This document shows positions 16,526 to 25,341 of a stretch of 44,050 bases of DNA, piece by piece. Origin of the DNA: a virus (Duplodnaviria; Caudoviricetes). The DNA is taken from IMG/VR virus record IMGVR_UViG_3300043219_000223, positions 1-44,050 of that record; one strand, given 5' to 3'. The translations under genes and the position numbers were made by a program. The notes under the pieces are model-generated. The model was not told where the DNA came from and ran no database searches. It was given only the letters and a program-made list of their open reading frames with translations. Within the stretch, counting starts at the first letter, position 1; the number at the start of each line of letters is the position of its first letter.

Positions 16526-16560
16526 AAGCCCCTCATTTATCATCCTTGAGGGGCTTTTTT
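16526..16560 (+). terminator. Intrinsic terminator, possibly bidirectional
   Basis: AAGCCCCTCA-11 nt-TGAGGGGCTT followed by a T run. Confidence 0.85.
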
Positions 16561-16574
16561 ATGGGTAAATAAGC

Positions 16575-16762
16575 AAGGGCTGAATCATTGTCCGGCTCAT
16601 ATGATGCCAGCAACTATCAGCCCCGCACCCTCGGTCGAAACCTTGGGGGTAATTCAATGGACATGTCATCCCGCTCTGAGCTGTCCGGGTCTGCCCGGAT
16701 GAACGATGACTTTAGCATCTCATGCCCGCTATTATTAAACCAAAAATCCGGGCGGTTGTCAA
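16575..16762 (-). ncRNA. Candidate structured ncRNA with its own promoter
   Basis: TTGACA-17-TTTAAT (16762-16734) then three GC-rich stem-loops; no RBS-bearing ORF. Confidence 0.4.
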
Positions 16763-16766
16763 TAGG

Positions 16767-17264
16767 TTATTTTCCACCCCTATCAAAGTATGCCGATATA
16801 AGTGGGAGAATGTTTTTAACAGCTCTCTCGCCAAACAGGAACCCAAGAACAAGCAAATTGATAGCCATGAGCATTTTGAGTTGTAAATCAGTCATTGCGG
16901 TTGAGCTTGAAAACGCCATGTAATCAAAATACAGTGTAGCAAAACCCCACACTGGCCTCTGTGTGCCTCTTAAAAAAATAAGGATAGCCCCAATATAAGG
17001 TATTGACTTTAAGTCCTCTGCCGTCCCTTCCATTGCCTTGATGCGGTCATTGAAAACCTCTGTTTCCCGAACAACTAAAGCTTGGGCCTCGATAGCCCTC
17101 TCTCCCTCAATTTTTCTGATAGCAGCCTCAATACCAGCCTTCTCTTTCTCTGACATTGAAGGAGGGAAATATTCTTTAATTGCACTGATGGTTTTCTCGA
17201 CCACTTTACCGCCAAATAAACCAGCCACTTTACCTGCTAATCCTAATACTATTCCTAATCCCAT
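16767..17264 (-). CDS. Holin-like membrane protein (3TM-type)
   Basis: R...RP.WG motif, two C-terminal hydrophobic segments, GFLFGER..K; after the lysin. Confidence 0.7.
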   Translation of the reverse strand: MGLGIVLGLAGKVAGLFGGKVVEKTISAIKEYFPPSMSEKEKAGIEAAIRKIEGERAIEAQALVVRETEVFNDRIKAMEGTAEDLKSIPYIGAILIFLRGTQRPVWGFATLYFDYMAFSSSTAMTDLQLKMLMAINLLVLGFLFGERAVKNILPLISAYFDRGGK

Positions 17265-17265
17265 A

Positions 17266-17676
17266 TCAATACACCTCTCTAATCGTTAAATGAAATTCCT
17301 GCTCAAAGTCCATCTTCTTCATGAACTTTCTAAAAGTATTCCCAGAGTTTAGAATTGCCCGGTCATACGCTCCAAGCTTATCCACCCTGTCACCAAGCAA
17401 GATACACCCGGCAGTATCATCAACCTTATTCCCTGCATGGATCAAAACGGAGGTTCTGCCCGGTACGTTCTTAACTTGAAACGTGTCTGGATACTTAGGT
17501 GATGAATACCTCTTGCACATATATTGCTGTGCCGGGATAGATGATATGTTCGAAGCGTTCAATTTATCAGGCGGCTCCAAAGTGAAGCAGAATACTTTTT
17601 TGTTGACCTTGAGAACCCCGATTGTGCCGAAGCGGTGATCCTCTTCAAGGCGTATTAATTCAATTATTGGTGTCAT
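17266..17676 (-). CDS. Putative endolysin, DUF5675-like
   Basis: TIG.L, FTLE.P, S.IPA..Y, VPGR..VLIHAGN...DTAGCILLG; start revised to 17676 (AGGAGG RBS). Confidence 0.8.
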   Translation of the reverse strand: MTPIIELIRLEEDHRFGTIGVLKVNKKVFCFTLEPPDKLNASNISSIPAQQYMCKRYSSPKYPDTFQVKNVPGRTSVLIHAGNKVDDTAGCILLGDRVDKLGAYDRAILNSGNTFRKFMKKMDFEQEFHLTIREVY

Positions 17677-17921
17677 GTTAAAGCCTCCTTTCCTAACCAG
17701 ACCAAAATACCTGAAACTATTGTTTGGAAAAAAATAAACCCCTTTTTCCACCGGGCATGATCTTGCTCAAGGCGATCAACTCTTATCTTCAACCCATCTT
17801 TTCCGTTACCAAAGAGTGTACTCTCATGGTCTTCAATCTTCTCAATATGGTTATCAAGCTTGCCCTCAATGCTGGCCAGAGTCCCTATCATAGTTTCTCT
17901 AAATTCTTGGTCAAGAGTCAT
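17673..17921 (-). CDS. Small coiled-coil plus TM protein (holin/XhlA-like)
   Basis: LFGNGKDGL..RVDRLE followed by a C-terminal hydrophobic segment; before the lysin. Confidence 0.65.
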   Translation of the reverse strand: MTLDQEFRETMIGTLASIEGKLDNHIEKIEDHESTLFGNGKDGLKIRVDRLEQDHARWKKGFIFFQTIVSGILVWLGKEALT

Positions 17922-17947
17922 TTCAAGTTCCTTGGTTATGGGTTAAG

Positions 17948-20900
17948 TTATTCTGTTGCTTCTTGAGCGCCTATCAATTCTCTTATTTTTTCAACATCCT
18001 TATTTTTTATAGCTTTTTTAAGTTGTTCAAACTGCTTAAGATCCCTGTTAGCTTTTTGGGCCATTTTTATAAGTTGATTATAAGATGCGTCAATGAGTTG
18101 CCTCTTTTCGTCAGGCTCAAAATTTTGGTTTAAAAAAATAAAATCAATGGTTTTATTATTTGCTCTTATGGCTTTATAGACATTATCTAAACTAACCTCA
18201 AAGTCCTCAATTAGTTCAAGTGCCTCTTCTGGGATTACAATAACCCCCGCCTTAAAAGATGCTTCTTCAACTATTTTTTTGGCGGTCTTAATTGAAGTCT
18301 GGGCTTCAAAATAACTGTCATAAAACTTTTGTATACTTTCTGCCCCAGCAGATGGATGTCTTACCACAAAGGCTTTTATGACTGGCATGTCAGCAAGGGT
18401 AGGAGTGGGCTTGACAGGATCGGGCAAAGCTCCGGCTTTTCTCAGTGCCAGATCTGCTATTCTTAGCACGTGCATCCCAAGGCCACCAGACCAACCCTGA
18501 ATATAATTCTCTATAACAGCAGGAGAAGTTCTCTTGCTGTCCTTAAGTATTGGGAGCGTGCCTAACAACCTTCCTATGGCCTTGGCTGCCTCTGTGGTAT
18601 ATGGCTTGTATTGATATTCAGGTAAAAGTTCCTCCCTGGCTGCGGGGATTATTGGTCTATCCAAAAACAAACTTCTATTTGCAAATTCCTCAATCACAGG
18701 AGTGGCCACTGTAGGCACAATCCCGGGTAGTATTCCTCTCCCAACAGTTTTTAAGAAACCATCGAAGGCATCTGGATCTTTATCCAGTATAAACTCAACA
18801 GCCCTTTCGGCTCCGGTCCCAAAAATAATCCCTATTTCAAATGGTTTAGGTACTCTGTAAATATGATCTTCAGTCATAACAATCCAAAATAAATCTTTCT
18901 GCCACTGAGGAACTTCTTCCCATCTTGGATCTTGGCGATTATGAAGAGTAAGTAAAATGGAAGGCAGAGTGATAGAAGCCGCTACTTTTAATGTAGTTGC
19001 CACGGGTTGATCCTTGAATGCACGAATCATTTTATCACCACCCTGCAACTGTGCGTTAAAAAAAGCGATAAGATTATTCACTGCTTTTGTTTTAGCACCC
19101 ACCCTCATAAAATCAAGAGTAACTTCTCTGGACGCGAAAGCTGCCTCTTCAAGAGAGGCCCCCTTCTTTCTTGCTTTTGAAAATTCTCCAATCCTGGTCC
19201 CGGCTTCACTGAAAGCACTCATTGCCCTTAAAAATTCAATCGGGTTTTTAATAGGGTTGTGGACTGGGGTTTTCATAAGGTTTTTAATATCTTTCTGTAG
19301 GTATTTCCTATCAAGAGATACCATCATTGAGTTTGGTCCGCCGCTCTTTTGCCATTCTCGGTAAATATCATTCTTCCCAGCGAGAGCAAAAACTCCTTTA
19401 AAGGTATCTACTCCCGGAATAAACCCGTACTTAGAAAAGATGAAGGCTGAGAATTGATCTCTGATCGGATTTCTGGCAATAAATTCAGGGGAAAGAATAG
19501 CTCCTGCTCGAAGCGTCCTGGCAGGGATACTCAACAGTTTAACCACAGCGTTCATGCTTTCAGCATCCAGCGCCTGCATAGTCCTGGCTATCTCTGGATC
19601 AACCTGATAGAGTTCACGCTTCCCGTTTCTCCAAACAGAAATAACATTATCTTTCGGGACGAAGGCGGAAGGTCGGAAGATCTCCATTGCCTCTTCCGGA
19701 AGTTCTAAACCAAACTCTTTAATAGTTTCAATGGCTATCCGCTTTTCTACGGTTCGTTCAATTATGGTTGTTCGTTGTTCTGCCGATTCAGCGCCTTTAA
19801 TCCTGGTTAATATCTGGCTTGCTTCTGCCTCAGAGAAACCTCTAGCAGTCAACGCCTCCCTGGCTGTAGCCTCTACCGCCTTTGATGCCTTTGAGGTAGT
19901 TACCTCACCGCCTTCTATTATCTCAGTAACTTCTTCCTTTAATACTCTTTCCTTCTCTTCTATTTTTCTGGTTATGGTTTCCTTACCGAATTTCTTAAGG
20001 GTATTAGCGAGCTCTTCATTGCTTACCTTAATCTTCTGTAGTGGCGTAGGGATTCTCTCAACAAACTTACCCATGCCTTCTTTACTGTTGGCTAAATCAA
20101 CCAGGGCTCTACCGACAGCGTTCTTCTCTGCCAAATTAATATAAAGATATGTATTCTTAATAATTGATTCTAAAGGATCATGAATATCCCTGGCAGAACC
20201 CTTTATGCCCTTGACCGGCTGTCTGGCTTCCAGCCCTTTACCAGCCTTGACAGCGCCACCTTCCTCCATGACTCGAAAGAAAGGCACATAATCTTTATTG
20301 GCCTCGCGCATTTTCTTCACAGCCTCTGCGCTTAGTAGCCCGCTATCAGCTAAATACTGAAGAGTGGCGTCCTGATACTCTTTTAAGTTTTTAAAAACAT
20401 CACTGAATTTATCTGACCTGGTTCCTGGTTCCACAAAATCGAAGTCGTTGACAACCTTCTGAGCATCTTCTTTTAGGATGCCTGTCTCTATGCCTCGCTT
20501 ATTTAATTCAAGCGATCTCTTAGCAACAGCATAAGCCCTGAAATTATCAAGATCATCTTTGATAGGCTCAAGTATAGCTTTTAAAGGTTTTCCAATGTTT
20601 TCTTTTGTCTTAAATTTAAATGGGCTTTTCTCAAAGAAATGTTCAACCTTCCCCTGCCAACCCTTTAGGTTTCTGGCTAACTTGTAAGGGTCTTTCCCGG
20701 CAGGCAACTCTTCGCCCTGAGCCATTGCCTTCACCATCTTGCCAAGTGGATGAAGGTCATTAATGGTAGCCGTGTAGATATCATCTAAAGTGACGGCTCT
20801 CCTCGCTTTTTCTCCAATAGATATCTGACTAAGGACTCTCATTAAAGAGGGCTGTTTAATCCATTTCTCAAACATGTCCCTGGCTTCCGTGAGAATCTCT

Positions 20901-22981
20901 TTTGATTCCGGGCTTTCTTTGTCGAGTGTCTTTTCAAAAAACTTAAAGAATTTAGGGGCCTTAGTTTTGGCCTGCTCTACATCGGTCATATAAAGCCGTA
21001 TGAACTCAGCAAACCCCTCAGGCAAAACATCGGTTCCATGCTTGGCTTTTGTGGCTATGGGCTCCAGTTCACCCCTGAATTTCTCAAGGGGCTTATCGGT
21101 TAAATCTTTCCAAATAAACTTCTGAAGGCCATGGCCAACCTCATGAGCGATGGTTTCAATGTCGTTTGCCAAACGAGTGCGGATGACTTCTGGCTTTATC
21201 TTGAAAATACCACGAACAGCCTTAGCCGCACGGAATCTCCCTGTCCTGATTGGAACGTCAAGTTTCTCATTCAGGAACTTAACAATGTCGCTTCTTTTAA
21301 CAGGGACAGTCTCGGGCCCTTCCCCCGGCTCTACAGGCCGCCTCTTGAATCCTTCTTCTGCGGCAAACTCTAATGTTGATTTACCCGTTGTGGTCTGGAT
21401 TTCTCCATCCCCGTCCACGGTCCGGGTGGTATCTATCGGGGATTGCCTTAAAGAAGAACTGATATTATTAAAATCTTGAAAGCCAGCATCTGCTGCATAA
21501 GCCTCCTCAATAAGGTCTGCCTCATTAAATTCAGCCTCTCTAAAATATCTCTTCATATGATCTACCGTTTCAGGTAAAACACCATGAGTGTCGGCAATAT
21601 CTTTTTTGGGTGTTTTTTGTTCAATGGCGTCACGAACACCATTTAAAATTTCCTCTCCCACTAAGATTAGGTCTTCATTACTGGCTATCTCTGCATGTTT
21701 GGCTTCATGTGTGGCAAATTTGAGTTTTTCTGATTTTGACACGCCACTCGGTATCAGGATTTCTTTTGCATTATGATCAGCGGTGGCCTTTATGCCAGAA
21801 AGAGACTTGTCCCTGCTAGATATATCGCCTAGAGAAGTCTCCCTAATTCTCCATCCTTCAGGCACTGTAACCATATTAGAAATAGTCTCAGTTTCCAAAT
21901 CACTTTCAACCTTAGCGTCTGTCTTTGCTTTAACGGGTTCTTTATATAATTCAGGCACAACCCTATTATCACTCATCAAGTCTTCCCTGATTGCAGGCTG
22001 TTCCTGGATGTCTTCGGTCACCTCAAGAGGGGTTCTCCCCCTAAGACCGTATGTAGTCCTGAGTTTAGAAGAGATTGCAGTACTGGCCTTAAGGCCACCA
22101 ATAACAATGCTAGCATCTATAAACTCTTGAGGTTCAGGAATTTTCCCTTCAAGCAAAGAACCCATAGCAACCATGGCTGTTACTTCTGCTGGCAATTTAC
22201 CCATTCCTGGGAATAGTATCCCAGCCTTACCAGTAGCAAATCCAGTAATTTCTCCCTTCATAGTTTCCCATGCAGCACCGGTCAACCGTGTCCAGAAGTC
22301 AGAGAATGATTGGATATCTCCCTTTTCGTATTTATCCATCAGGACCTTGCGTAGACCAGCAGGCAAAGCAAAAGCACCGGCCACAGCAGATGAAGGGCCA
22401 CCACCACCACCTATCAGACCTCCTGCCACCATCCAAGGGAAGTCCCCAGCAAGGGTAGAGGCTTGAGCAAGCACTCTTGCGCCTCCGGTAAGAAAGTCTG
22501 GGTCAACCACATCAGGGACTTTCTGCGTGGCCAGTAAGCCAGTCACTGAACTTCCGAAGCCACCAACCACTGCTTCCTTAAGAGTAGGTTCAAAGACGTG
22601 TGGTGGCAATCCTGTTTCCTTGGCAAGTGTTAGTGATACTTGAGACTTGACTACCCTCTTTTCAAATGAAGGTTCAAAACTTCTCAGAAATTTATCCCAT
22701 AAAGAGGGGTCTTCTCCCTGTTCAAGTTTTTCATCCCCAGGAGGACCGGCTTTGAGTGATGTTGTAATTCCCCTTGTACTTGTTCTAAAGTCAGGCACAT
22801 TAATAATGCTTTTAACTGAATCTCTCAAACTGGAGTCGTCAATGACAGGTATCCCAACGTGTTCATCTATTTCTTTAGGGGAGAATCCAGCCTCAGAAAG
22901 ATTGAGTCGCTGTTTCTGAATATGCACCCCTATCTCTTCCTGGCTGAATCCAGCCGCTTTTAATTCTGCAATACTGCTCAT
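17948..22981 (-). CDS. Large ejection/polyvalent protein with zincin-like metallopeptidase motif(s) and C-terminal LPD38-like domain
   Basis: HEVGH...EGFAE; ASREVTLDF, FFNA.LQG.DK, W....W.KD.FW, RVPKPFEIG; last of three internal virion genes. Confidence 0.8.
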   Translation of the reverse strand: MSSIAELKAAGFSQEEIGVHIQKQRLNLSEAGFSPKEIDEHVGIPVIDDSSLRDSVKSIINVPDFRTSTRGITTSLKAGPPGDEKLEQGEDPSLWDKFLRSFEPSFEKRVVKSQVSLTLAKETGLPPHVFEPTLKEAVVGGFGSSVTGLLATQKVPDVVDPDFLTGGARVLAQASTLAGDFPWMVAGGLIGGGGGPSSAVAGAFALPAGLRKVLMDKYEKGDIQSFSDFWTRLTGAAWETMKGEITGFATGKAGILFPGMGKLPAEVTAMVAMGSLLEGKIPEPQEFIDASIVIGGLKASTAISSKLRTTYGLRGRTPLEVTEDIQEQPAIREDLMSDNRVVPELYKEPVKAKTDAKVESDLETETISNMVTVPEGWRIRETSLGDISSRDKSLSGIKATADHNAKEILIPSGVSKSEKLKFATHEAKHAEIASNEDLILVGEEILNGVRDAIEQKTPKKDIADTHGVLPETVDHMKRYFREAEFNEADLIEEAYAADAGFQDFNNISSSLRQSPIDTTRTVDGDGEIQTTTGKSTLEFAAEEGFKRRPVEPGEGPETVPVKRSDIVKFLNEKLDVPIRTGRFRAAKAVRGIFKIKPEVIRTRLANDIETIAHEVGHGLQKFIWKDLTDKPLEKFRGELEPIATKAKHGTDVLPEGFAEFIRLYMTDVEQAKTKAPKFFKFFEKTLDKESPESKEILTEARDMFEKWIKQPSLMRVLSQISIGEKARRAVTLDDIYTATINDLHPLGKMVKAMAQGEELPAGKDPYKLARNLKGWQGKVEHFFEKSPFKFKTKENIGKPLKAILEPIKDDLDNFRAYAVAKRSLELNKRGIETGILKEDAQKVVNDFDFVEPGTRSDKFSDVFKNLKEYQDATLQYLADSGLLSAEAVKKMREANKDYVPFFRVMEEGGAVKAGKGLEARQPVKGIKGSARDIHDPLESIIKNTYLYINLAEKNAVGRALVDLANSKEGMGKFVERIPTPLQKIKVSNEELANTLKKFGKETITRKIEEKERVLKEEVTEIIEGGEVTTSKASKAVEATAREALTARGFSEAEASQILTRIKGAESAEQRTTIIERTVEKRIAIETIKEFGLELPEEAMEIFRPSAFVPKDNVISVWRNGKRELYQVDPEIARTMQALDAESMNAVVKLLSIPARTLRAGAILSPEFIARNPIRDQFSAFIFSKYGFIPGVDTFKGVFALAGKNDIYREWQKSGGPNSMMVSLDRKYLQKDIKNLMKTPVHNPIKNPIEFLRAMSAFSEAGTRIGEFSKARKKGASLEEAAFASREVTLDFMRVGAKTKAVNNLIAFFNAQLQGGDKMIRAFKDQPVATTLKVAASITLPSILLTLHNRQDPRWEEVPQWQKDLFWIVMTEDHIYRVPKPFEIGIIFGTGAERAVEFILDKDPDAFDGFLKTVGRGILPGIVPTVATPVIEEFANRSLFLDRPIIPAAREELLPEYQYKPYTTEAAKAIGRLLGTLPILKDSKRTSPAVIENYIQGWSGGLGMHVLRIADLALRKAGALPDPVKPTPTLADMPVIKAFVVRHPSAGAESIQKFYDSYFEAQTSIKTAKKIVEEASFKAGVIVIPEEALELIEDFEVSLDNVYKAIRANNKTIDFIFLNQNFEPDEKRQLIDASYNQLIKMAQKANRDLKQFEQLKKAIKNKDVEKIRELIGAQEATE

Positions 22982-24483
22982 TCTTGACCCGTCCTTTTAA
23001 GGTACTGGTCTATGGTTTCACCGCTTTTTCGTTTAGACACACTGTCTGGTGGAGTTTCTTTGTCATTCTCAAGAATAACATTCGCCTCTTCAGCCAATCT
23101 TGATAATGGATCTTTGAAATTTCTTTTCAATACATCACCCACAATATAGTCTTTATTTCCTGGGGTCAGCATGTCGAGCATTTTCTTGCCTTCCTCTTCA
23201 CCATTCGCAAGAGTTTTTCTCAGGTCATGCTCATAATCATAGGCATTCTGAACTGAAGATGAATCAAAGCCTGACAGGATAGTCCCCTTAAGAATACTGT
23301 CTCTGCCAAACTTTATGGCTCTGGCTTGGGCATCAAGAACAGGCTTGTTTTCTGCCTTTTGGGCGGCAGTCGCAACCTTGCGAATATGTTCAGCATCCTC
23401 TCCATTCATTTGATCCCCAGCCCAACTAAGAGGCTTTTCAGGGTCCACCTCGCCTCTGTAAGCGGCCTCTAATTGAGTGTTGTAAAAGCCTGGGTCTTGA
23501 GTAACCTGCCATGGACCTTTCTTTGTGGATTTATTGTTAAGCATATTTAGAAAAGCATTCTTAGAGCCTTGTCCAAATTCTTCTAAGTTTGAATTAACTA
23601 TTTCATTTACGGTTGGATCTGGCTTGTCTGAATTGTTAAGACGATCCAAAAAGTTATTTTGGGTGCCGCTTTGAGCTTCTTTTTTTGCTTCCTTGGCCTC
23701 AGATTTGGCTTGGTTTGCTGCTACCTTAGCCTCATTCTTTCTCTGTTTTTGGATAGCCTCGGCCCTATTTAAGGCCGCCTGTTTCTCTTTGGAGTCAAGC
23801 TCAAACTCCCCGGCATTAATCATCTCTTTAGCCAAAACCGGATTGTCTTGGATGGCTTTCTCTACCCTGGCATCCTCAGCGGTGTCAACAAAGCTCCGCT
23901 TGATTATTTCTACCTGGTTAGCGTTAAGCATCCCATGAGTAGCATAAACGTCCAATTCGGCGAATAACTTCTCTTGGATAAAAAGGGCTTCTTCCCTCGT
24001 TCTTGCATTAGCAAAAGCAACCCCAGCCTCATCAACCATTCGACCAGCGACCGCTTGAGTTGCCTTAACCACCTCTTCTATTTCCCGCACCTTCATGTGG
24101 TTTTGAAAACCGGCAGCTTGAGATTTATATTGAAGTCTGAGTATTTCCTGCTGTTCTGGTTTAAGACCAGCAATGTCTTGCTCAAAAGCTGTGCTCGTTT
24201 TCTCTGAGAAGGCAGTAGTTCTTTGACCAAAGTTATTATGATCAGTACTCATGGCCTCTTCAATTTGCTGTTTCCTGAAGGTATCAGCGTATTTAAACTC
24301 AAGTTGTTTTGTAAGGAGGGCTACTTTAGCCCGTTCTCTGGCCTGAGCAAAAGCAGATATCTGACCACCTAACTGCTGTATCTGGCCTCCGGCTCCGGCC
24401 AAGGCTCTACCCACCTGCCCGGTATCGCCAATCCTTGAAGGCCCAATCCCTACGCCAGTTTGTACTTTGAATACTTGAGGCAT
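22978..24483 (-). CDS. Internal virion (ejection) protein
   Basis: Helical A/Q/E-rich; Gly-rich amphipathic N-terminus; T7 gp15-like position. Confidence 0.7.
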   Translation of the reverse strand: MPQVFKVQTGVGIGPSRIGDTGQVGRALAGAGGQIQQLGGQISAFAQARERAKVALLTKQLEFKYADTFRKQQIEEAMSTDHNNFGQRTTAFSEKTSTAFEQDIAGLKPEQQEILRLQYKSQAAGFQNHMKVREIEEVVKATQAVAGRMVDEAGVAFANARTREEALFIQEKLFAELDVYATHGMLNANQVEIIKRSFVDTAEDARVEKAIQDNPVLAKEMINAGEFELDSKEKQAALNRAEAIQKQRKNEAKVAANQAKSEAKEAKKEAQSGTQNNFLDRLNNSDKPDPTVNEIVNSNLEEFGQGSKNAFLNMLNNKSTKKGPWQVTQDPGFYNTQLEAAYRGEVDPEKPLSWAGDQMNGEDAEHIRKVATAAQKAENKPVLDAQARAIKFGRDSILKGTILSGFDSSSVQNAYDYEHDLRKTLANGEEEGKKMLDMLTPGNKDYIVGDVLKRNFKDPLSRLAEEANVILENDKETPPDSVSKRKSGETIDQYLKRTGQE

Positions 24484-24899
24484 TATGTCCTCTTGTTAAA
24501 GAATCCAAGGCTGCCTGCCTGAACAGCAGAGCTTCCCAGGGTAGTTAAAAAAGTTGATCCAGCAGCTATGTCTCCAGCCCTTTTACTCCTGCGCCCGGAC
24601 TCTAAGATATCAGACACACCTTCTTTAATTTCAAGGTCAGCAAGAGCCTCAGTTTGAGCCATGACAAGCAAGGGACTGCCAGAGGTTATGTCCACCCCAC
24701 CCTTGGCAAAACCAGCTGCTTGAGATGAAAGAATTGACCTTTTACGCCGCTCTCCTTCTCTCTCAGTTCTGGCCGCATTGATCTCAGCGGCTCTCATCGC
24801 TTCCCTGCCCTGTTGCCGTTGGCCTTCCGCCTTAGTCAGACCGCCGATAATATTAAGCCCGAGACCGATACCGGCTATAATTGTAAAAGGATCAGCCAT
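24483..24899 (-). CDS. Small internal virion protein (T7 gp14-like position)
   Basis: Hydrophobic Gly-rich N-terminus; Q.A.FA.GGVD..SGSPL.V motif. Confidence 0.75.
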   Translation of the reverse strand: MADPFTIIAGIGLGLNIIGGLTKAEGQRQQGREAMRAAEINAARTEREGERRKRSILSSQAAGFAKGGVDITSGSPLLVMAQTEALADLEIKEGVSDILESGRRSKRAGDIAAGSTFLTTLGSSAVQAGSLGFFNKRT

Positions 24900-25341
24900 T
24901 ATTTATCCTCCCAAAAATTGATACATCCTCACCGCCAGGGCCAAATGACTTGAGAACCCCTTCCTTTTCAAAACCAAGATGTTTCAAAAACCTTTCACCC
25001 TCTTCAAAGTCAGTCCTTGAGATCGCCTGAATCCTTCTTAGGCCATGTTCTTTTTGAACATCAGGCAACTTTTCCTTTATTGATTTAAAAACTTTCCTCA
25101 CGTTCTGATAAAACAAAGGAGAAAACAATGTCCACGCCTCTCCCCGGCCCCAGCCAAGAAGCGTGATACCAGCGCATCCCACCACCTGTCCGTCCGCCAG
25201 AAAGGTATAAGCAGGCCCCTGGCCTTTCAGACTATCCACCCAGCCTTCATTCTCCTGATATCCGGCAATCCATGAATCACAGTCACGCCTTTGCTGATTT
25301 ATTATTTCATAACCATGTTCAGGTTCATAAGCAACTATCAT
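24892..25341 (-). CDS. GNAT-fold acetyltransferase-like virion assembly protein
   Basis: VVGCAG, GEAW, RRIQA, RFLKHLGFEKEG; between nozzle and ejection genes. Confidence 0.75.
   Translation of the reverse strand: MIVAYEPEHGYEIINQQRRDCDSWIAGYQENEGWVDSLKGQGPAYTFLADGQVVGCAGITLLGWGRGEAWTLFSPLFYQNVRKVFKSIKEKLPDVQKEHGLRRIQAISRTDFEEGERFLKHLGFEKEGVLKSFGPGGEDVSIFGRINNG

Noticed and set aside
16588-16923. Plus-strand 111-aa ORF
   Set aside because: TTG start without RBS, downstream of a terminator, and overlapping the holin-like gene antisense
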